64,000 nt of DNA from an uncultured Actinomycetes bacterium. Lineage in GTDB: Bacteria > Actinomycetota > UBA4738 > HRBIN12. The DNA is taken from positions 195,537 through 259,536 of the forward strand of contig CAVZQM010000001.1 of the NCBI GenBank assembly GCA_963777495.1, given 5' to 3'. A program made the translations under genes and the position numbers. Below are positions 42,382 through 53,919 of the stretch, in pieces; the first letter of the stretch is position 1, and every line of letters starts with the position of its first letter. Below the pieces are notes generated by a model. That model worked only from the letters and a program-made list of their open reading frames with translations. It did not search any database and was not told the origin of the DNA.

Positions 42382-42864
42382 GTGGATTGGCTACTCCTCG
42401 GCGCATTGGGCATCATGTGGGTGGCGTTCCTCCTGCCGTCGGACCGGCGGAGCAGAGCACCGAACACAGCGTCGAAGACTTCGAACGCAGGATGGAGCTC
42501 TTGGCACACGCAGAAACGCAGGGCGATGAGGGGCGGTGGATCGTCACCCCCGCAAAGGCGCACGGTTCGTGGGAGTGGCCGAGCGCCGACGGGCCAGGCT
42601 CCGCGAACGGCGGCGCAAGGTGCTCGTCTTCCTGCTCGAGTCGATCGGCCTCACGTTCCTGATCGGCCTCGTCCCGCCGCTCCATGCGGTGTGGGTGCTG
42701 ACGGCATCTTCGCCGGATTGCTCGTCCTCTACGTGTGGTTGCTGCTCTCGATCAAGCATCGCGCCGCGGTGCCGACCGCGCCGAGACGGCGCGCGCCGCC
42801 GGACGCCGGCGCGGGTCAAGACGCCGGTCACCGCCGTCGCCCCGCTACGTGGTCGACGACATGA
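42382..42864 (+). CDS. hypothetical membrane protein (frameshifted)
   Basis: GTG with RBS CAGGAGG; TM segments at the N-terminus and middle (VLVFLLESIGLTFLIGLVPPL, GIFAGLLVLYVWLLL) lie in three frames. Confidence 0.3.
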   Translation: MDWLLLGALGIMWVAFLLPSDRRSRAPNTASKTSNAGWSSWHTQKRRAMRGGGSSPPQRRTVRGSGRAPTGQAPRTAAQGARLPARVDRPHVPDRPRPAAPCGVGADGIFAGLLVLYVWLLLSIKHRAAVPTAPRRRAPPDAGAGQDAGHRRRPATWSTT

Positions 42865-43004
42865 GCGGATGGGCGCGTCCGACGTTCAACGGCCTCGGCT
42901 CGGTCGGCGAGGGAGACCGGGTCCACGTGGTGGTCCGGCCCGCCGGCGACATGGCCGGCGCGTAGCCGGTCCGGTCGGACCCCTTTGTTAGGCTGACCGA
43001 CTCC

Positions 43005-43081
43005 TGGGGGTGTAGCTCAGCCCGGTAGAGCGCTGCCCTCGCACGGCAGAGGTCAGGGGTTCGAATCCCCTCACCTCCACC
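43005..43081 (+). tRNA. tRNA-Ala (anticodon CGC) with encoded CCA
   Basis: Cloverleaf can be drawn: acceptor GGGGGUG/CACCUCC with G3:U70 Ala identity pair; anticodon loop CUCGCAC; T-loop GGTTCGAATCC; 3' ACCA. Confidence 0.9.
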
Positions 43082-43106
43082 AGGAGCCCTCGCGGTACGC
43101 TCGCCA

Positions 43107-44368
43107 TATGGAGCCGGCCGTGATCGACGTCGGGACCAAAGGGTTCCCGGCCGTCGATCGGCCGGTGCCCGTCGCCGACGTCGCGGCGCAGGGATGGACG
43201 CTCGCGCGACCTACCCGACGCCGGTGATGGTGCTCAGCGAGTCCGCATTGGCGCACAACCTCTCCTTGATGGCGGAGTACTGCCGGGCGTGGGGTGTGGA
43301 CATCGCGCCGCATGGCAAGACCACCATGGCGCCGTCGCTGTGGCGCCGGCAGCTCGACGCCGGCGCGTGGGCCATCACCGCAGCGACCGTCGGCCAAGCC
43401 CGCGTGATGCGCACGGCCGGGCGTGCCGCGGGTCCTGCTCGCGAACGAGCTCGTCGATCCCGTCGCGATCGCGTGGGTCGCGACGCAGCTCGTCGGATCC
43501 CGGCGTTCGAGTTCCTCTGCTACGTCGACTCGGACCGGTCCGTCGAACTCCTGGACGCCGGGCTGCGCGCGGCGCGGCGCCGACCCGCCCCCTGCCGGTC
43601 TTGGTGGAGCTGGGCTACGAGGGCGGCCGGACCGGGTGCCGGACGATCCCGGACGCGGCGCACGTGGCCGGTCGTGTGGAAGCGTCGAGCATGCTGCGGC
43701 TCGCCGGCGTCTCGGGCTACGAGGGAACGATCTGTCACGATCGCTCACCGGATTGCCTCGCGCAGGTGATCGGGTTCCTCGACCGGCTCCGCGAGCTGAC
43801 CGTGACGTTGATCGACGCCGGCAGCCTCCCGGGAACGGATCCGGTCGTGCTGTCCGCCGGCGGGAGCGCCTTCTTCGACCTGGTCGTCGACCGGATCCGC
43901 GGCCGGTGGGACGCAAGCGCCGACGTCCGCGTCGTGCTCCGATCCGGTTGCTACGTGACCCACGATGCGGGGATCTACGAACGGGTGTCCCCGCTCCCGT
44001 CGCGCGACGGCGCGCGCGGCTTCCAGCCGGCGATGGAGCTGTGGAGCCACGTGGTTTCGCGGCCCGAGCCGGAGCTCGCGATCCTCGGATTCGGCAAGCG
44101 CGACGTGTCGTTCGACATCGACCTGCCGTATCCCCGGGTGGTCCGGCGCGGATCGGGCGCGAGCGAGGCGATGGGCGACGGCCTGCAGATCCTCGAGCTC
44201 AACGACCAACACGCGTACGGGCAGGTCCGACCGGGATTCGCGCTGGAGGTCGGCGATCGCGTGGGACTCGGCATCTGCCATCCGTGCACGTCGTTCGACA
44301 AATGGCGGGCGATCCCCGTGGTGGGCGACGACGAGCGAGTCGTCGACGCGGTCACGACGCACTTCTAG
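43107..44368 (+). CDS. D-serine deaminase-like / alanine-racemase-domain PLP enzyme (DSD1 family; frameshifted)
   Basis: N-terminal …MVLSESALAHNL…APHGKTTMAPSLW…ITAATVGQA… and C-terminal beta domain in the 359-aa ORF; three frames. Confidence 0.6.
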
Positions 44369-44409
44369 GAATCGCCGCCGTTCCACCACCTGTCTCGTAC
44401 GATGGACAC

Positions 44410-45576
44410 ATGTCTGCCCGCCGCAGGGTTTCCGCTGTGCTCGTGGCGTTCGCGATGCTCATCGCGCTGCCGACCGGCGCATCGGGGCAGGGTCCCTCGG
44501 CGCTCTCCCTCGCGGCGTCGGCCGACAGCGTGGTGTTCCACGGGAGCGTGACGCTGGTGGCGACGGTGGATCCTGCCGTGCCCGGCCAGCCGGTGAGCAT
44601 CCTCGACGCTTCGGGCTCGGTGATCGCCACCGGCACGACGGGGACGGACGGAACGTTCTCGACCGACGTCGAGCCTGCGGCCAACCTGATCGTGCACGCC
44701 TCATCCGCCGGTGTCGACAGCGCGCCGGTGTCGGTGGGTGTTCGACCGCTCGTGACGGTCAGCGCAGGCGCGGTCCGGCTGTTCGACGACGTGAAGGTCC
44801 GCGGGACGTTCAGGCCGATCCGGCAAGGACAACGCGTGAGTGTCGAGCTGCAGCATCGTGGCGAGGTCGTGGGGACCAAGCGCGTCGCGATGGACGCTGC
44901 CGGGCGGTTCGCGACGACGTTCCGCGTGCCGGAGGCGGGGAGCTACCGGGTGCGCGTCGTGCTGGACGCGCCGGATCTGCTGCCGGGACGCGCCGCCACC
45001 ACGCCGTCCGTCACGCCACTGCCGGACCTGGCGTCGGGTGCGCACGGCATCTTCGTCGGTCTCCTCGAACGCCGGCTCGTCCAACTGCATTACCACCTGG
45101 TCGGCGTCGACGACGTCTTCGACTATCGGACCGCCGACGCGGTGATGGCCTTCCGCAAGGTGCAGGGGATGGCGCGGCTCCAGTCGGTCGACACCGCCAC
45201 GTGGCGTGCGCTCGGCTCGCCCCGGGTGTTCGCGCCGCGCAACGACCGGCCCGGGGTGCATATCGAGGTGGATCAGACCCGGCAGGTGCTCGCCATCGTC
45301 CGCGACGGCGAGGTGCAGGACATCATCCACGTGTCCACCGGGAAGCCCTCGACCCCCACGCGCGACGGCTCGTTCACGATCTTCTCGAAGCTCGCGGGAT
45401 ACAGCCCGAAGCGCCTGTACTACCCCAGCTTCTTCGACGGGGAGCGCGCGATCCACGGCTGGACCGAGGTTCCGACCTACGCCGCCAGTCACGGATGCGT
45501 GCGGATCCCGTACTGGGTGACCCTGTGGATGTTCGAGCAGGACCCCATCGGAACGCCGGTCATCGTCTACCACTGA
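44410..45576 (+). CDS. L,D-transpeptidase with signal peptide, Ig-like domains and peptidoglycan-binding domain
   Basis: Intact 388-aa ORF; PG_binding_1-like LHYHLVGVDDVFDYRTADAVMAFRKVQG; YkuD catalytic motif HGCVRIP. Confidence 0.85.
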   Translation: MSARRRVSAVLVAFAMLIALPTGASGQGPSALSLAASADSVVFHGSVTLVATVDPAVPGQPVSILDASGSVIATGTTGTDGTFSTDVEPAANLIVHASSAGVDSAPVSVGVRPLVTVSAGAVRLFDDVKVRGTFRPIRQGQRVSVELQHRGEVVGTKRVAMDAAGRFATTFRVPEAGSYRVRVVLDAPDLLPGRAATTPSVTPLPDLASGAHGIFVGLLERRLVQLHYHLVGVDDVFDYRTADAVMAFRKVQGMARLQSVDTATWRALGSPRVFAPRNDRPGVHIEVDQTRQVLAIVRDGEVQDIIHVSTGKPSTPTRDGSFTIFSKLAGYSPKRLYYPSFFDGERAIHGWTEVPTYAASHGCVRIPYWVTLWMFEQDPIGTPVIVYH

Positions 45577-45679
45577 GCCCTACGGCTCCTCCGGGCGTGC
45601 TCGCCCCCGAAAGCGGCGTTCAAGCTGGGACCCCCAGCGTGCCGACAACCTCCGTATACCCCGGATCCCAGGAGGGACC

Positions 45680-46165
45680 ATGAAGGCTGGCAAGATCTCA
45701 TACGCAGGTGTCGGCGTGGCCGTCGGCGGCGTGATCGGGTTCCTCGGCGTGATCGTGGGCTGGTTCAAGTACACGTACTCGCTGGGCGACGACACCGCGA
45801 CGGTCACCCTCAGCGGCACCCACGATTGGACCGGCACCGTCGCTCTGGCCGCGGCGTTCGGCGCGTTCGCGTTCGGTATCGCCTACGTGCTGTTGCAGGA
45901 TCCGCAGATGCGCCGGATCGCGGGCGTCCTCGGTGCCGTCTCCTCGGCGTTCCTGCTGATCATGTCGCTCTCCGGTTTCGCCCGGATCGGCGAAGCGGTC
46001 GGCGTGCCGGCGGCGGAGTTCACGACGGGCATGGGTACGGGCTTGGCGCTCTCGTTCGCCGGAGGAGTCATCGCGGTGGCGAGCTCGATCCTGGCTTCGA
46101 AGGAGATCCTGGCCGCAGGCCCGGTGCCGGCGGTCGAGGTGTCCGCGGAGCCCGTCGAGGCCTGA
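45680..46165 (+). CDS. hypothetical integral membrane protein
   Basis: RBS CAGGAGGGACC; four hydrophobic helices; intact 161-aa ORF. Confidence 0.55.
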   Translation: MKAGKISYAGVGVAVGGVIGFLGVIVGWFKYTYSLGDDTATVTLSGTHDWTGTVALAAAFGAFAFGIAYVLLQDPQMRRIAGVLGAVSSAFLLIMSLSGFARIGEAVGVPAAEFTTGMGTGLALSFAGGVIAVASSILASKEILAAGPVPAVEVSAEPVEA

Positions 46166-46195
46166 CGCACGAAGCTCCCGGTACCCTGAGCCTCC

Positions 46196-47446
46196 ATGTC
46201 GGAGGCACCGGAACCGCATCGCACGTGGTGGGCCCGCCCCGGACTCGATGTCCGGGGCGGTCGCCTGTCGGTCGCCGGTCGCGACGCCGAGTCCGTCGCT
46301 CGCGAGCACGGCACTCCGCTCTACGTCTATGACCTCACGCGCGTGTCGGAGCAGGCGCACGCGCTGCGATCCGCGTTCGAACGCGCCGGCCTGAACGGCC
46401 GCATCCGACTGGCACTCAAGGCCCAGCACGAACCCGAGCTCTTGCGGTTCGCGCGCGCACTCGGGGAGCCGGGTTCCCCGGGGAGCGTCGGTATGGACGT
46501 GTGCTCGCCGCGGGAGCTGGAGTGGGCGCTCGCGCACGGCTGGCGACCGGACGAGATCAGCTACACCGGCACGAACCTGTCCGAGCGCGACCTGGACGTG
46601 ATCCTGGCGCACCCGGACGTCCATCTCAACGTGGATCTCCTGACGCAGATCGATCGGGTCGGTCGCCGCGCGCCGGGTCGCGCGATCGGGATCCGCGTCA
46701 ACCCCCGGGCGGGTGTCGAGCACGGCGGGACCGCGCTCTACTCGGGCGCCCGTCCGACCAAGTTCGGCATCTTCGGCGAGCAGCTCGGCGAGGCGCTCGC
46801 CCTCGCGGGCCGGTACGACCTGACGATCGACACGGTCCATTTCCATGTCGGGGACGGTTACCTGAACGACGGGCTCGCAGACCTTGAGATGGTCGTTCGC
46901 CGGGTGGCGGACATGGTGCGCTCGCTGCACGAGCAGGGCTGTCAGATCGTCGAGGTCAACACCGGGGGCGGGCTCGGCGTGCCGCAACGCGCGGGTGACC
47001 GGCCGCTCGACCTCGATCGCTGGGCGGCCATCCTGGCGGAGCACTTCGGGCCGCTCGACGTCGTGGTCGGTACCGAGCCGGGGGACTTCCTGGTGAAGGA
47101 GTGCGCGATCGCTCTGGCGGAGGTGGTCACCGTCGAGGAGCGCGATGGCGTGCGGTTCGTCGGCGTCGACATCGGGTGGAACGCGATGGGCGAACGCTTC
47201 ATCTACCACTCGTTCCTCGACGTGGTGCTCTGCCGCGCCGCCGACGAGGCGCCGGCGCGCGAGGTGACGATCAGCGGGCACATCAACGAGGGTGACGACC
47301 TGTTCGCGGAGGACCTGCCCTTCCCGGACGTCACGGAGGGGGACATCGTCGCCGCGCTCAACGTCGGCAGCTACAACGCATCCATGACGTCGGAGCACTG
47401 TCTGCGGCCCGCGGCCGACGCCGTGTTCTTCGCCGAGCGCGCCTGA
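46196..47446 (+). CDS. PLP-dependent decarboxylase, Orn/DAP/Arg decarboxylase family 2 (diaminopimelate decarboxylase-like)
   Basis: Intact 416-aa ORF; TIM-barrel plus C-terminal beta domain; GGG(L)G and EPG motifs. Confidence 0.75.
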   Translation: MSEAPEPHRTWWARPGLDVRGGRLSVAGRDAESVAREHGTPLYVYDLTRVSEQAHALRSAFERAGLNGRIRLALKAQHEPELLRFARALGEPGSPGSVGMDVCSPRELEWALAHGWRPDEISYTGTNLSERDLDVILAHPDVHLNVDLLTQIDRVGRRAPGRAIGIRVNPRAGVEHGGTALYSGARPTKFGIFGEQLGEALALAGRYDLTIDTVHFHVGDGYLNDGLADLEMVVRRVADMVRSLHEQGCQIVEVNTGGGLGVPQRAGDRPLDLDRWAAILAEHFGPLDVVVGTEPGDFLVKECAIALAEVVTVEERDGVRFVGVDIGWNAMGERFIYHSFLDVVLCRAADEAPAREVTISGHINEGDDLFAEDLPFPDVTEGDIVAALNVGSYNASMTSEHCLRPAADAVFFAERA

Positions 47447-47451
47447 CCGAT

Positions 47452-48756
47452 ATGCTCGGCTCGATGAACGACGAACGCGTGTTGATCCGTGCCGGACGCC
47501 TCATCGACGTCGAGCGCGGGGAAGTGCTCACCGACCGCGTGATCGTCGTCGAGGGCGAACGCGTCGCCGACGTGCTGACCGAGTCACCGGCGGAGACGTC
47601 GTCGGCGACGATCGATCTCTCCGATCACACGGTGCTCCCGGGGTTGATGGACATGCATGCTCACATGGTCGGCGAGATGGAGACGGGGCTGGGTTACGCC
47701 GCCCTGGTGATGCGGACCCCGGCGCAGGAGGCCATGAGCGGCGTCCGGAACGCGCGTGCCACCGTCGAGGCAGGGTTCACGACCGTCCGCGACGTCGGGA
47801 CGTTCCGGGCATTCGTCGACTGCGCGCTGCGCGATGCGATCGACGCCGGCGACACGCCCGGGCCACGCATGATGTGCGCGGGGCCGTTCGTCACGGTGTC
47901 GGGCGGCGGCGGTGATGTGACCGGGCTCTCGCCCGATGTCGACGCCGTCGTGCCGATCGATCTCCGGTTCGGGGTCGCGAACTCCGTCGACGAGGTGCGC
48001 CAGCGTGTCCGGCGGATCCTCGGCGGTGGGGCGGACTTCATCAAGGTGATCGCGACCGGTGCGGTGCTCACCGAAGGAACCACACCGGGCGCGCCCGAGT
48101 TCACCGAGGACGAGATCCGCGCGGCCGTGGACGAAGCGGCGCTCTACGGCACGCATGTGGCCGCGCATGCGCACGGCGCCGAGGGGATCAAGCGCGCGGT
48201 GCGCGCCGGCGTTCGTTCGATCGAGCACGGCTCGTTGATGGACGACGAGTCGATCGAGCTCATGGCCTCGAACGGCACGTACCTGGTCGCCGACATCTAC
48301 TGCGGCGATTGGATCGCCGAGGAGGGCGCACGGGGTGGGTGGTCCGCCGATGTGATCCGGAAGAACGAAGAGACGACCGACGCCCAGCGCGAGGGCTTCG
48401 AGAAGTCCGTGAAGGCGGGCGTGACGATCGCCTACGGGACCGACAGCGGTGTGTATCCACACGCATGGGTCGGCAAACAGTTCGCGTACATGGTCCGGTA
48501 CGGCATGACGCCGATGGAGGCGATCCGCAGCGCCACGGTCGTCGCGGCCGAGTTGATGGGCTGGTCGGAACGGGTGGGCGCGCTTGCGCCGGGACGGTTC
48601 GCGGACCTGGTGGCGGTGACCGGCGATCCGCTCGAGGACATCTCGCTGCTCGAGTCGATCCCGTTCGTGATGAAGGGCGGCGCGGTCGTCAAGCGCGACC
48701 CGGCCTCAGCTGCGGGCTGGCCAGGATTGTTGACAGTCAACCAAACGACGCCATAG
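47452..48756 (+). CDS. amidohydrolase family protein (metal-dependent hydrolase)
   Basis: Intact 434-aa ORF; HxH metal motif (DMHAHMVGE); further His/Asp ligands typical of imidazolonepropionase/Xaa-Pro-dipeptidase-like amidohydrolases. Confidence 0.8.
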   Translation: MLGSMNDERVLIRAGRLIDVERGEVLTDRVIVVEGERVADVLTESPAETSSATIDLSDHTVLPGLMDMHAHMVGEMETGLGYAALVMRTPAQEAMSGVRNARATVEAGFTTVRDVGTFRAFVDCALRDAIDAGDTPGPRMMCAGPFVTVSGGGGDVTGLSPDVDAVVPIDLRFGVANSVDEVRQRVRRILGGGADFIKVIATGAVLTEGTTPGAPEFTEDEIRAAVDEAALYGTHVAAHAHGAEGIKRAVRAGVRSIEHGSLMDDESIELMASNGTYLVADIYCGDWIAEEGARGGWSADVIRKNEETTDAQREGFEKSVKAGVTIAYGTDSGVYPHAWVGKQFAYMVRYGMTPMEAIRSATVVAAELMGWSERVGALAPGRFADLVAVTGDPLEDISLLESIPFVMKGGAVVKRDPASAAGWPGLLTVNQTTP

Positions 48757-48791
48757 CCTCGCCCGAACGAGCGAGGAGCGAGGGTCGGACG

Positions 48792-50386
48792 ATGAGCTAC
48801 GACGCGATCGTCGTGGGCGGCGGACACAACGGGCTGGTGGCGGGCTTCTACCTCGCCCGGGCCGGGCTGCGCACCCTGATCCTGGAGCGTCGCGACATCG
48901 TCGGCGGCGCCTGCGTCACCGAGGAGTTCGCCCCGGGCTATCCGGGCGTCGACCGGGCGCCTACGTCTTGTCGATGCTCCGCGAGTCGATCTGGCGTGAC
49001 ATGCGGCTGGTGCAACGCGGCATCCAGGTCGACGCGGCCGGTCCCACGCTGAACGTCTTCCCCGACGGCGCGCACTACTACCTGGCCGACGACATGGACC
49101 TGACGCTCGCCGAGACGCGCCGATTCTCCACGCGCGACGCCGACGCCCTGGTCCGGCTCGAGGAGGACCTCGGCCGGCTGGCCGGTGCCGTGGTCCCGTA
49201 CTTCGAGCGGACCGCGCCGGACCCTCGCCTGCGGAGCGCGCACGACCTGCGCGAGCTGGCGCACGCCGGACGCCTGGCGCTCAAGCATCGTCGCGACCTG
49301 CTGGACCTGGCGTTCCTGTTCACCACGTCGGCCACGCAGTTCCTGGAGGAGCGGTTCGAGTCCGAGCACGTGATGGCCGCGATCGGGTGGCACGCGATCA
49401 ACGACAGCGTCGCCGGTCCCTCGACGCCCGGGACGGCGTTCGTGTTGTTGCACGATCACGCGAGCGAGGAGACGGGCGGCGGACCGCGCGCCTGGGGGTT
49501 CGTCCGCAGCGGGATGGGCCGGCTCACCGAGGTGATGGCCGATGCGGCGCGCGAGGCGGGGGCCGAGATCCGGACCGACGCGGAGGTCGAGCGCATCCTC
49601 ACCGTCGACGGCCGCGCGACGGGCGTCGCGCTCGCGAGCGGCGAAGAGATCCGCGCGTCGCGCGTGCTGTCCAACGCCGACCCCAAGCGGACGTTCTTGG
49701 GGCTGGTCGACGAACGCGATCTGCCCGACGCGTTCCTGGGATCGATCCGCGCGTACCGCTGCATGGGGACGAGCATGAAGATCAACCTCGCCGTGTCCGA
49801 GCTCCCGATGGTTCGCGGGCTCCCCGAGGGCGGCGTGCAGCCGTACCACACGGGCATCATGGAGATGAACCCGTTCATCCCCGAGATGGACATGCAGCAG
49901 GCACAGGCGCGGGCCGGCATCGCCGCCGATCCGGCGCACGTCGAGCTTTGCTTCCCGACGGTGCACGACCCGTCGCTCGCGCCGGAGGGCAAGCACGTGA
50001 TCACGATCGACGTGAACTCGCAGCCGTACGACCTGCGACACGACGATTGGGACGACCATCAAGGAGGCGCGGGCCGACGCCGCGATCGCGCAGATCGCGG
50101 AGGTGTTCCCGAAGCTCCCGGATCTGATCGAGCATCGACAGGTGCTGAGCCCGCTGGACCTCGAGCGGCTGATCGGGCTCACGGGAGGCCACGCCTTGCA
50201 CGGCGACATGTCGCCCGATCAACTCCTGTTCATGCGGCCGGTGCGCGGGTACGCGGACTACCGGACGCCGGTCCGGGGCTCTACCTCTGCGGCGCGGGCA
50301 CGCATCCCGGGGGTGGCGTCACCGGCGCCAACGGCCGCAACGCCGCGCGCGAGGTCCTGCGCGACGCGCACAAGAAGCTCGCGTAA
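48792..50386 (+). CDS. phytoene-desaturase-family (CrtI-like) FAD/NAD(P)-dependent oxidoreductase (frameshifted)
   Basis: N-terminal DAIVVGGGHNGL Rossmann motif; C-terminal …GLYLCGAGTHPGGGVTGANGRNAA…; frame switches near 48950, 50040 and 50275. Confidence 0.75.
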
Positions 50387-50403
50387 CTCACGAGCGCGAG
50401 TCG

Positions 50404-50932
50404 TCAGGCGGGCGCGCGGATCACGCGCGGCGCTCGCGGGAAGAACGACCTGCCACCACGCTCCTGCTTGCGGACGAGCTCGTTCGCGAAGATCCACTCG
50501 TGCTTGGGCAGCGGCTCGAGGCGCTCCACCTCGAAGAACGACTGCGGGCCCCCGCTCGTCGTCTCGTCGTCCTCGTCGTCCGGGTCGACATCGGGTATCG
50601 GTCTCGGCGGCGACCCGCCGTTCCTCGATCCACGTCGACGGCAGGAGGTCCGGCAGGTCGGGAGCCTCGGGTGCCACCCGCCGCGAGGAACGTGGCACGC
50701 CAGGTGACGGCCGGCACGGCGTCCTCGCCCGAGATCATCAGGAGGACGTCCATGCCGGCGGCCGCCACGTCGAGGTCGCCCGGGCTTCCGGCCGGGATGA
50801 CGACGCGGCCACTCCGGGCGCACACCGCGAGCGCGGCCTCCACGTGGCGCTGTGGGAGGCCGGCGAGCAGGACCCGCGCCTCGTGTTCCTCGTCATCCAT
50901 CCGACCCCCGATCATCCATGCGGGAGCGGCCA
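50404..50932 (-). CDS. hypothetical protein (frameshifted)
   Basis: Coding segments in three frames (MAAPAWMIGG…; …PEAPDLPDLLPSTWIEERR…; …SFFEVERLEPLPKHEWIFANELVRKQ…); no family recognised. Confidence 0.3.
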
Positions 50933-51054
50933 TCGTAGCGAAGAGGCTCTTGACCGGCGCCGAGGCATCCGTAGATTGTCGACAGTTCACAGCAGGAGGA
51001 CGGTCGACGCGTGCCGACGGTGCCGCGAGCCACCTGCGGAAGGGGGAAGCCGGG

Positions 51055-52558
51055 ATGGGTCGTGACGACGATTCGGCCGTGTACGCCGACGGGGAGGGCA
51101 GGCGCGGAGAGATCGACCGCCGCAGGTTCATCCGGATGGGGGTGGTCGGCACCGCGATGGCGAGCGCGATGCTGATGGACCGCGACCGCGAGGCGGGAGC
51201 GGCGGCGATGAAGCGCTCGACCGTCACCGGGGCTCCCCGCGCCGCCGGGCTGGTCGAAGCCGGGCCCGAGCTGGCGCTGCCGCCCGGGTTCAGCTACACG
51301 ACGTTCGGTGCGTTCGGATCGGCCATGACCGACGGGTTCATCACCCCGCCGATCCACGACGGCATGGCGGCGTTCGACATGGGTGACGGGACGCTGCGCA
51401 TCGTGCGCAACCACGAGCTCGGTGAGGGGAACGACGTCCCCGCCGGCACCGTGATCGGCGATCCGAAGACCGCGTACGACAAGAAGGCGCCGGGCGGAAC
51501 CGTCACGCTCGTGGTCGACGCCGCGACCGGGGAGCTGCGGTCCGACTGGATCAGCCTGAACGGGACCGACACGAACTGCGCCGGGATGCCGACGCCGTGG
51601 GGTACCTGGCTGACGTGTGAGGAGACGGTGGCCGGCGTGGACTCCGGACGGCTGAAGCCGCACGGCTACGTGTTCGAGGTGGATCCGTCCGCCGACGCGC
51701 CGACGAAGAGCAAGCCCTACAAGGCGATGGGGCGGTTCCTGCACGAGGCCGGCGCGGTCGATCCCGACACCGGCGTCGTCTACATGACCGAGGACGAGGG
51801 CCCGGACGGGTTCTACCGGTACCTCCCGAAGGATCCGGGCAACCTCGCGGCCGGCGGCACGCTCCAGATGCTCGCCGTCAAGGGCCAGCCGAGTACAACA
51901 CGATCGTCGGTCAGACGGTCGGCGACGTGCTGCCGGCGAACTGGGTCACGATCGACAACCCGGATCCCGGCCAACGCCGAAGACAACGCGTCCGCGGTGT
52001 TCCAGCAGGGTCGCGCCAAGGGCGCCGCGAAGTTCCTCGGAGGCGAGGGCGCGACGTTCCGCGACGGTGGCGTCGTCTTCGGCTCGTCCGACGGCGGCGA
52101 CGTCGGGACTCGGTCAGGTCTGGCAGTACACGCCGACGACCAACGTCGGGAAGAAGAACGAGGAGGGCGAGCTGGTCCTGTTGTTCGAGTCGACGGGTCC
52201 CGGCGTGCTCGACGGGCCGGACAACATGTGCACGAGTCCCGGCGGAGCGATCGTCATCGCCGAGGACGGCAACCTCAAGAGCAACTTCGTGCGTGCGTTG
52301 CTGCCCGACGGGAGCCTGATCACGGTCGCCGAGAACCTGGTGGGCGTGCAATGGCACTACATCGAGGCGTCGGGCAAGCTCTACGACCCGACGGTCCCCG
52401 ACGACGGTGCTTCCGCGGGCGACGGGATCGGTCACGCGGAGTTCGCAGGCCCCACGTTCAGCCCGGACGGGAAGTTCCTGTTCGTGAACATCCAGGTTCC
52501 CGGCATCACGTGCGCGATCACCGGCCCGTGGGCGAGCCTGGGCCTGCTGAGTCGATGA
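51055..52558 (+). CDS. phoX: PhoX-family (DUF839) phosphatase with Tat signal (frameshifted)
   Basis: RBS GAAGGGGGAAG; twin-arginine motif DRRRFIRMG; conserved …GYVFEVDP… and …DGPDNMCTSPGGAIVIAEDG… blocks; C-terminal part in a second frame. Confidence 0.7.
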
Positions 52559-53901
52559 CGGAGGACGTGCCCCGGATCGTCGCGACGCCGCCGGGCCCGA
52601 AGACACGGGAGATCCTCGCTCGTCAGGAGCGGGTGCTGTACCCGGGCCTCGCGCACGGTCTGGGGCCGTTCGTCATCAACCGCAAGTCCGGCTGGGAGAT
52701 CGAGGACGTCGACGGCAACGTCTACCTCGACTTCATCAGCGCGATGGCGTCGGTGCCGTTCGGCGCTGCGCGTCCCGACGTCGTGGAGCCGGTGATCGAG
52801 GCGCTCCGTCGCTACGGCAACGAGGACACGCACTACTACTCCAACGAGTACGTGCTGCCGCTCGCCGAGGAGCTGCTGCGCGTCGCGCCGGACGGACTCG
52901 ACGCGCGTCGACATCGCGCTGAACGGCACGGAGGCGGTCGAGACCGCCATCCGGTTCATGCGTCGCGCGACCGGTCGCCCGATCGTGATCGGGTTCATGG
53001 GCGGCTACCACGGCGAGACCGGCACCGCCGGGCGCGATCGGCGCGGAGACGTCCGATCTCTCGTTCGGCTACCGCGCGCTGATGTCCGGATTCGCCCACG
53101 TGCCCGTACCCGAACCCGTACCGAACCCCGTTCACCGCTCGTCCCGGCGGCACGGGCGACGGCACCGTCGACTACATCCGCGATCATCTCCTGCATCACG
53201 CGATCGATCCCCGCGAGGTCGCCGGCTTCGTGATCGAGCCGGTGCTCGGCAGCGGTGGCTGCGTGGCCCCTCCCGACGCGTTCTGGGCGGCGCTCGTCGA
53301 GCTCTGCCGGGAGTTCGACTTCCTCCTCTGCGCCGACGAGGTGAAGACCGGGTTCGGACGGACCGGTCACCTGTTCGCGGTCGAACGATGGGGCGTGCGG
53401 CCCGACCTGATGGCGCTCGGCAAGGCGATGGGCGGAGGCGTGATGCCGATCGGGGCGGTGCTCGGCACCGAGCGCGCCATGGGCTTCGACGATGTCTCGA
53501 CGGGCTCGACGTGGTCGTGGCTCCCGGCGGCCTGTGTGGCGGCGATCGAGACGCTCCGCGTCTTCCGCGAGGAGCCGCTCCTCGAGCACGTGCGCGAGCT
53601 GGACGCGGCTGCCCGGCGCGCGCTCGCGCCGCTGGCGGAGCGCTACGGAGCCATCGGGGACGTGCGCGTCACCGGTTGCTTCATCGCCATCGAGTTCGTG
53701 AAGGACCGTGTGACCAAGGAGCGGGACCTCGAGCTGATGGAACGGGTGGCATGGGGATGCATCCGGCGCGGGCTGCTCGCCGACGCGAGCACGACGTCGT
53801 TCAATCTCCAGCCGTCGCTCGTCACACCTGTCGACGTCCTGGAGCAGGGGATCGCGATCGTCGACGACGCGATCGCGGAAGCCGTCGGTTCGCCGGGATG
53901 A
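52555..53901 (+). CDS. class-III (PLP) aminotransferase (frameshifted)
   Basis: ATG overlaps the phoX TGA (ATGA); DEVKTGFGRTG and PLP-lysine motif LGKAMGGG; three frames. Confidence 0.8.
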
Positions 53902-53919
53902 TCGAGGGGTACCCGCGCG

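Noticed and set aside
43005-43300. Possible integrative element at tRNA-Ala
   Set aside because: No integrase, no direct repeat of the tRNA 3' end, and downstream genes are ordinary metabolic or cell-wall genes.
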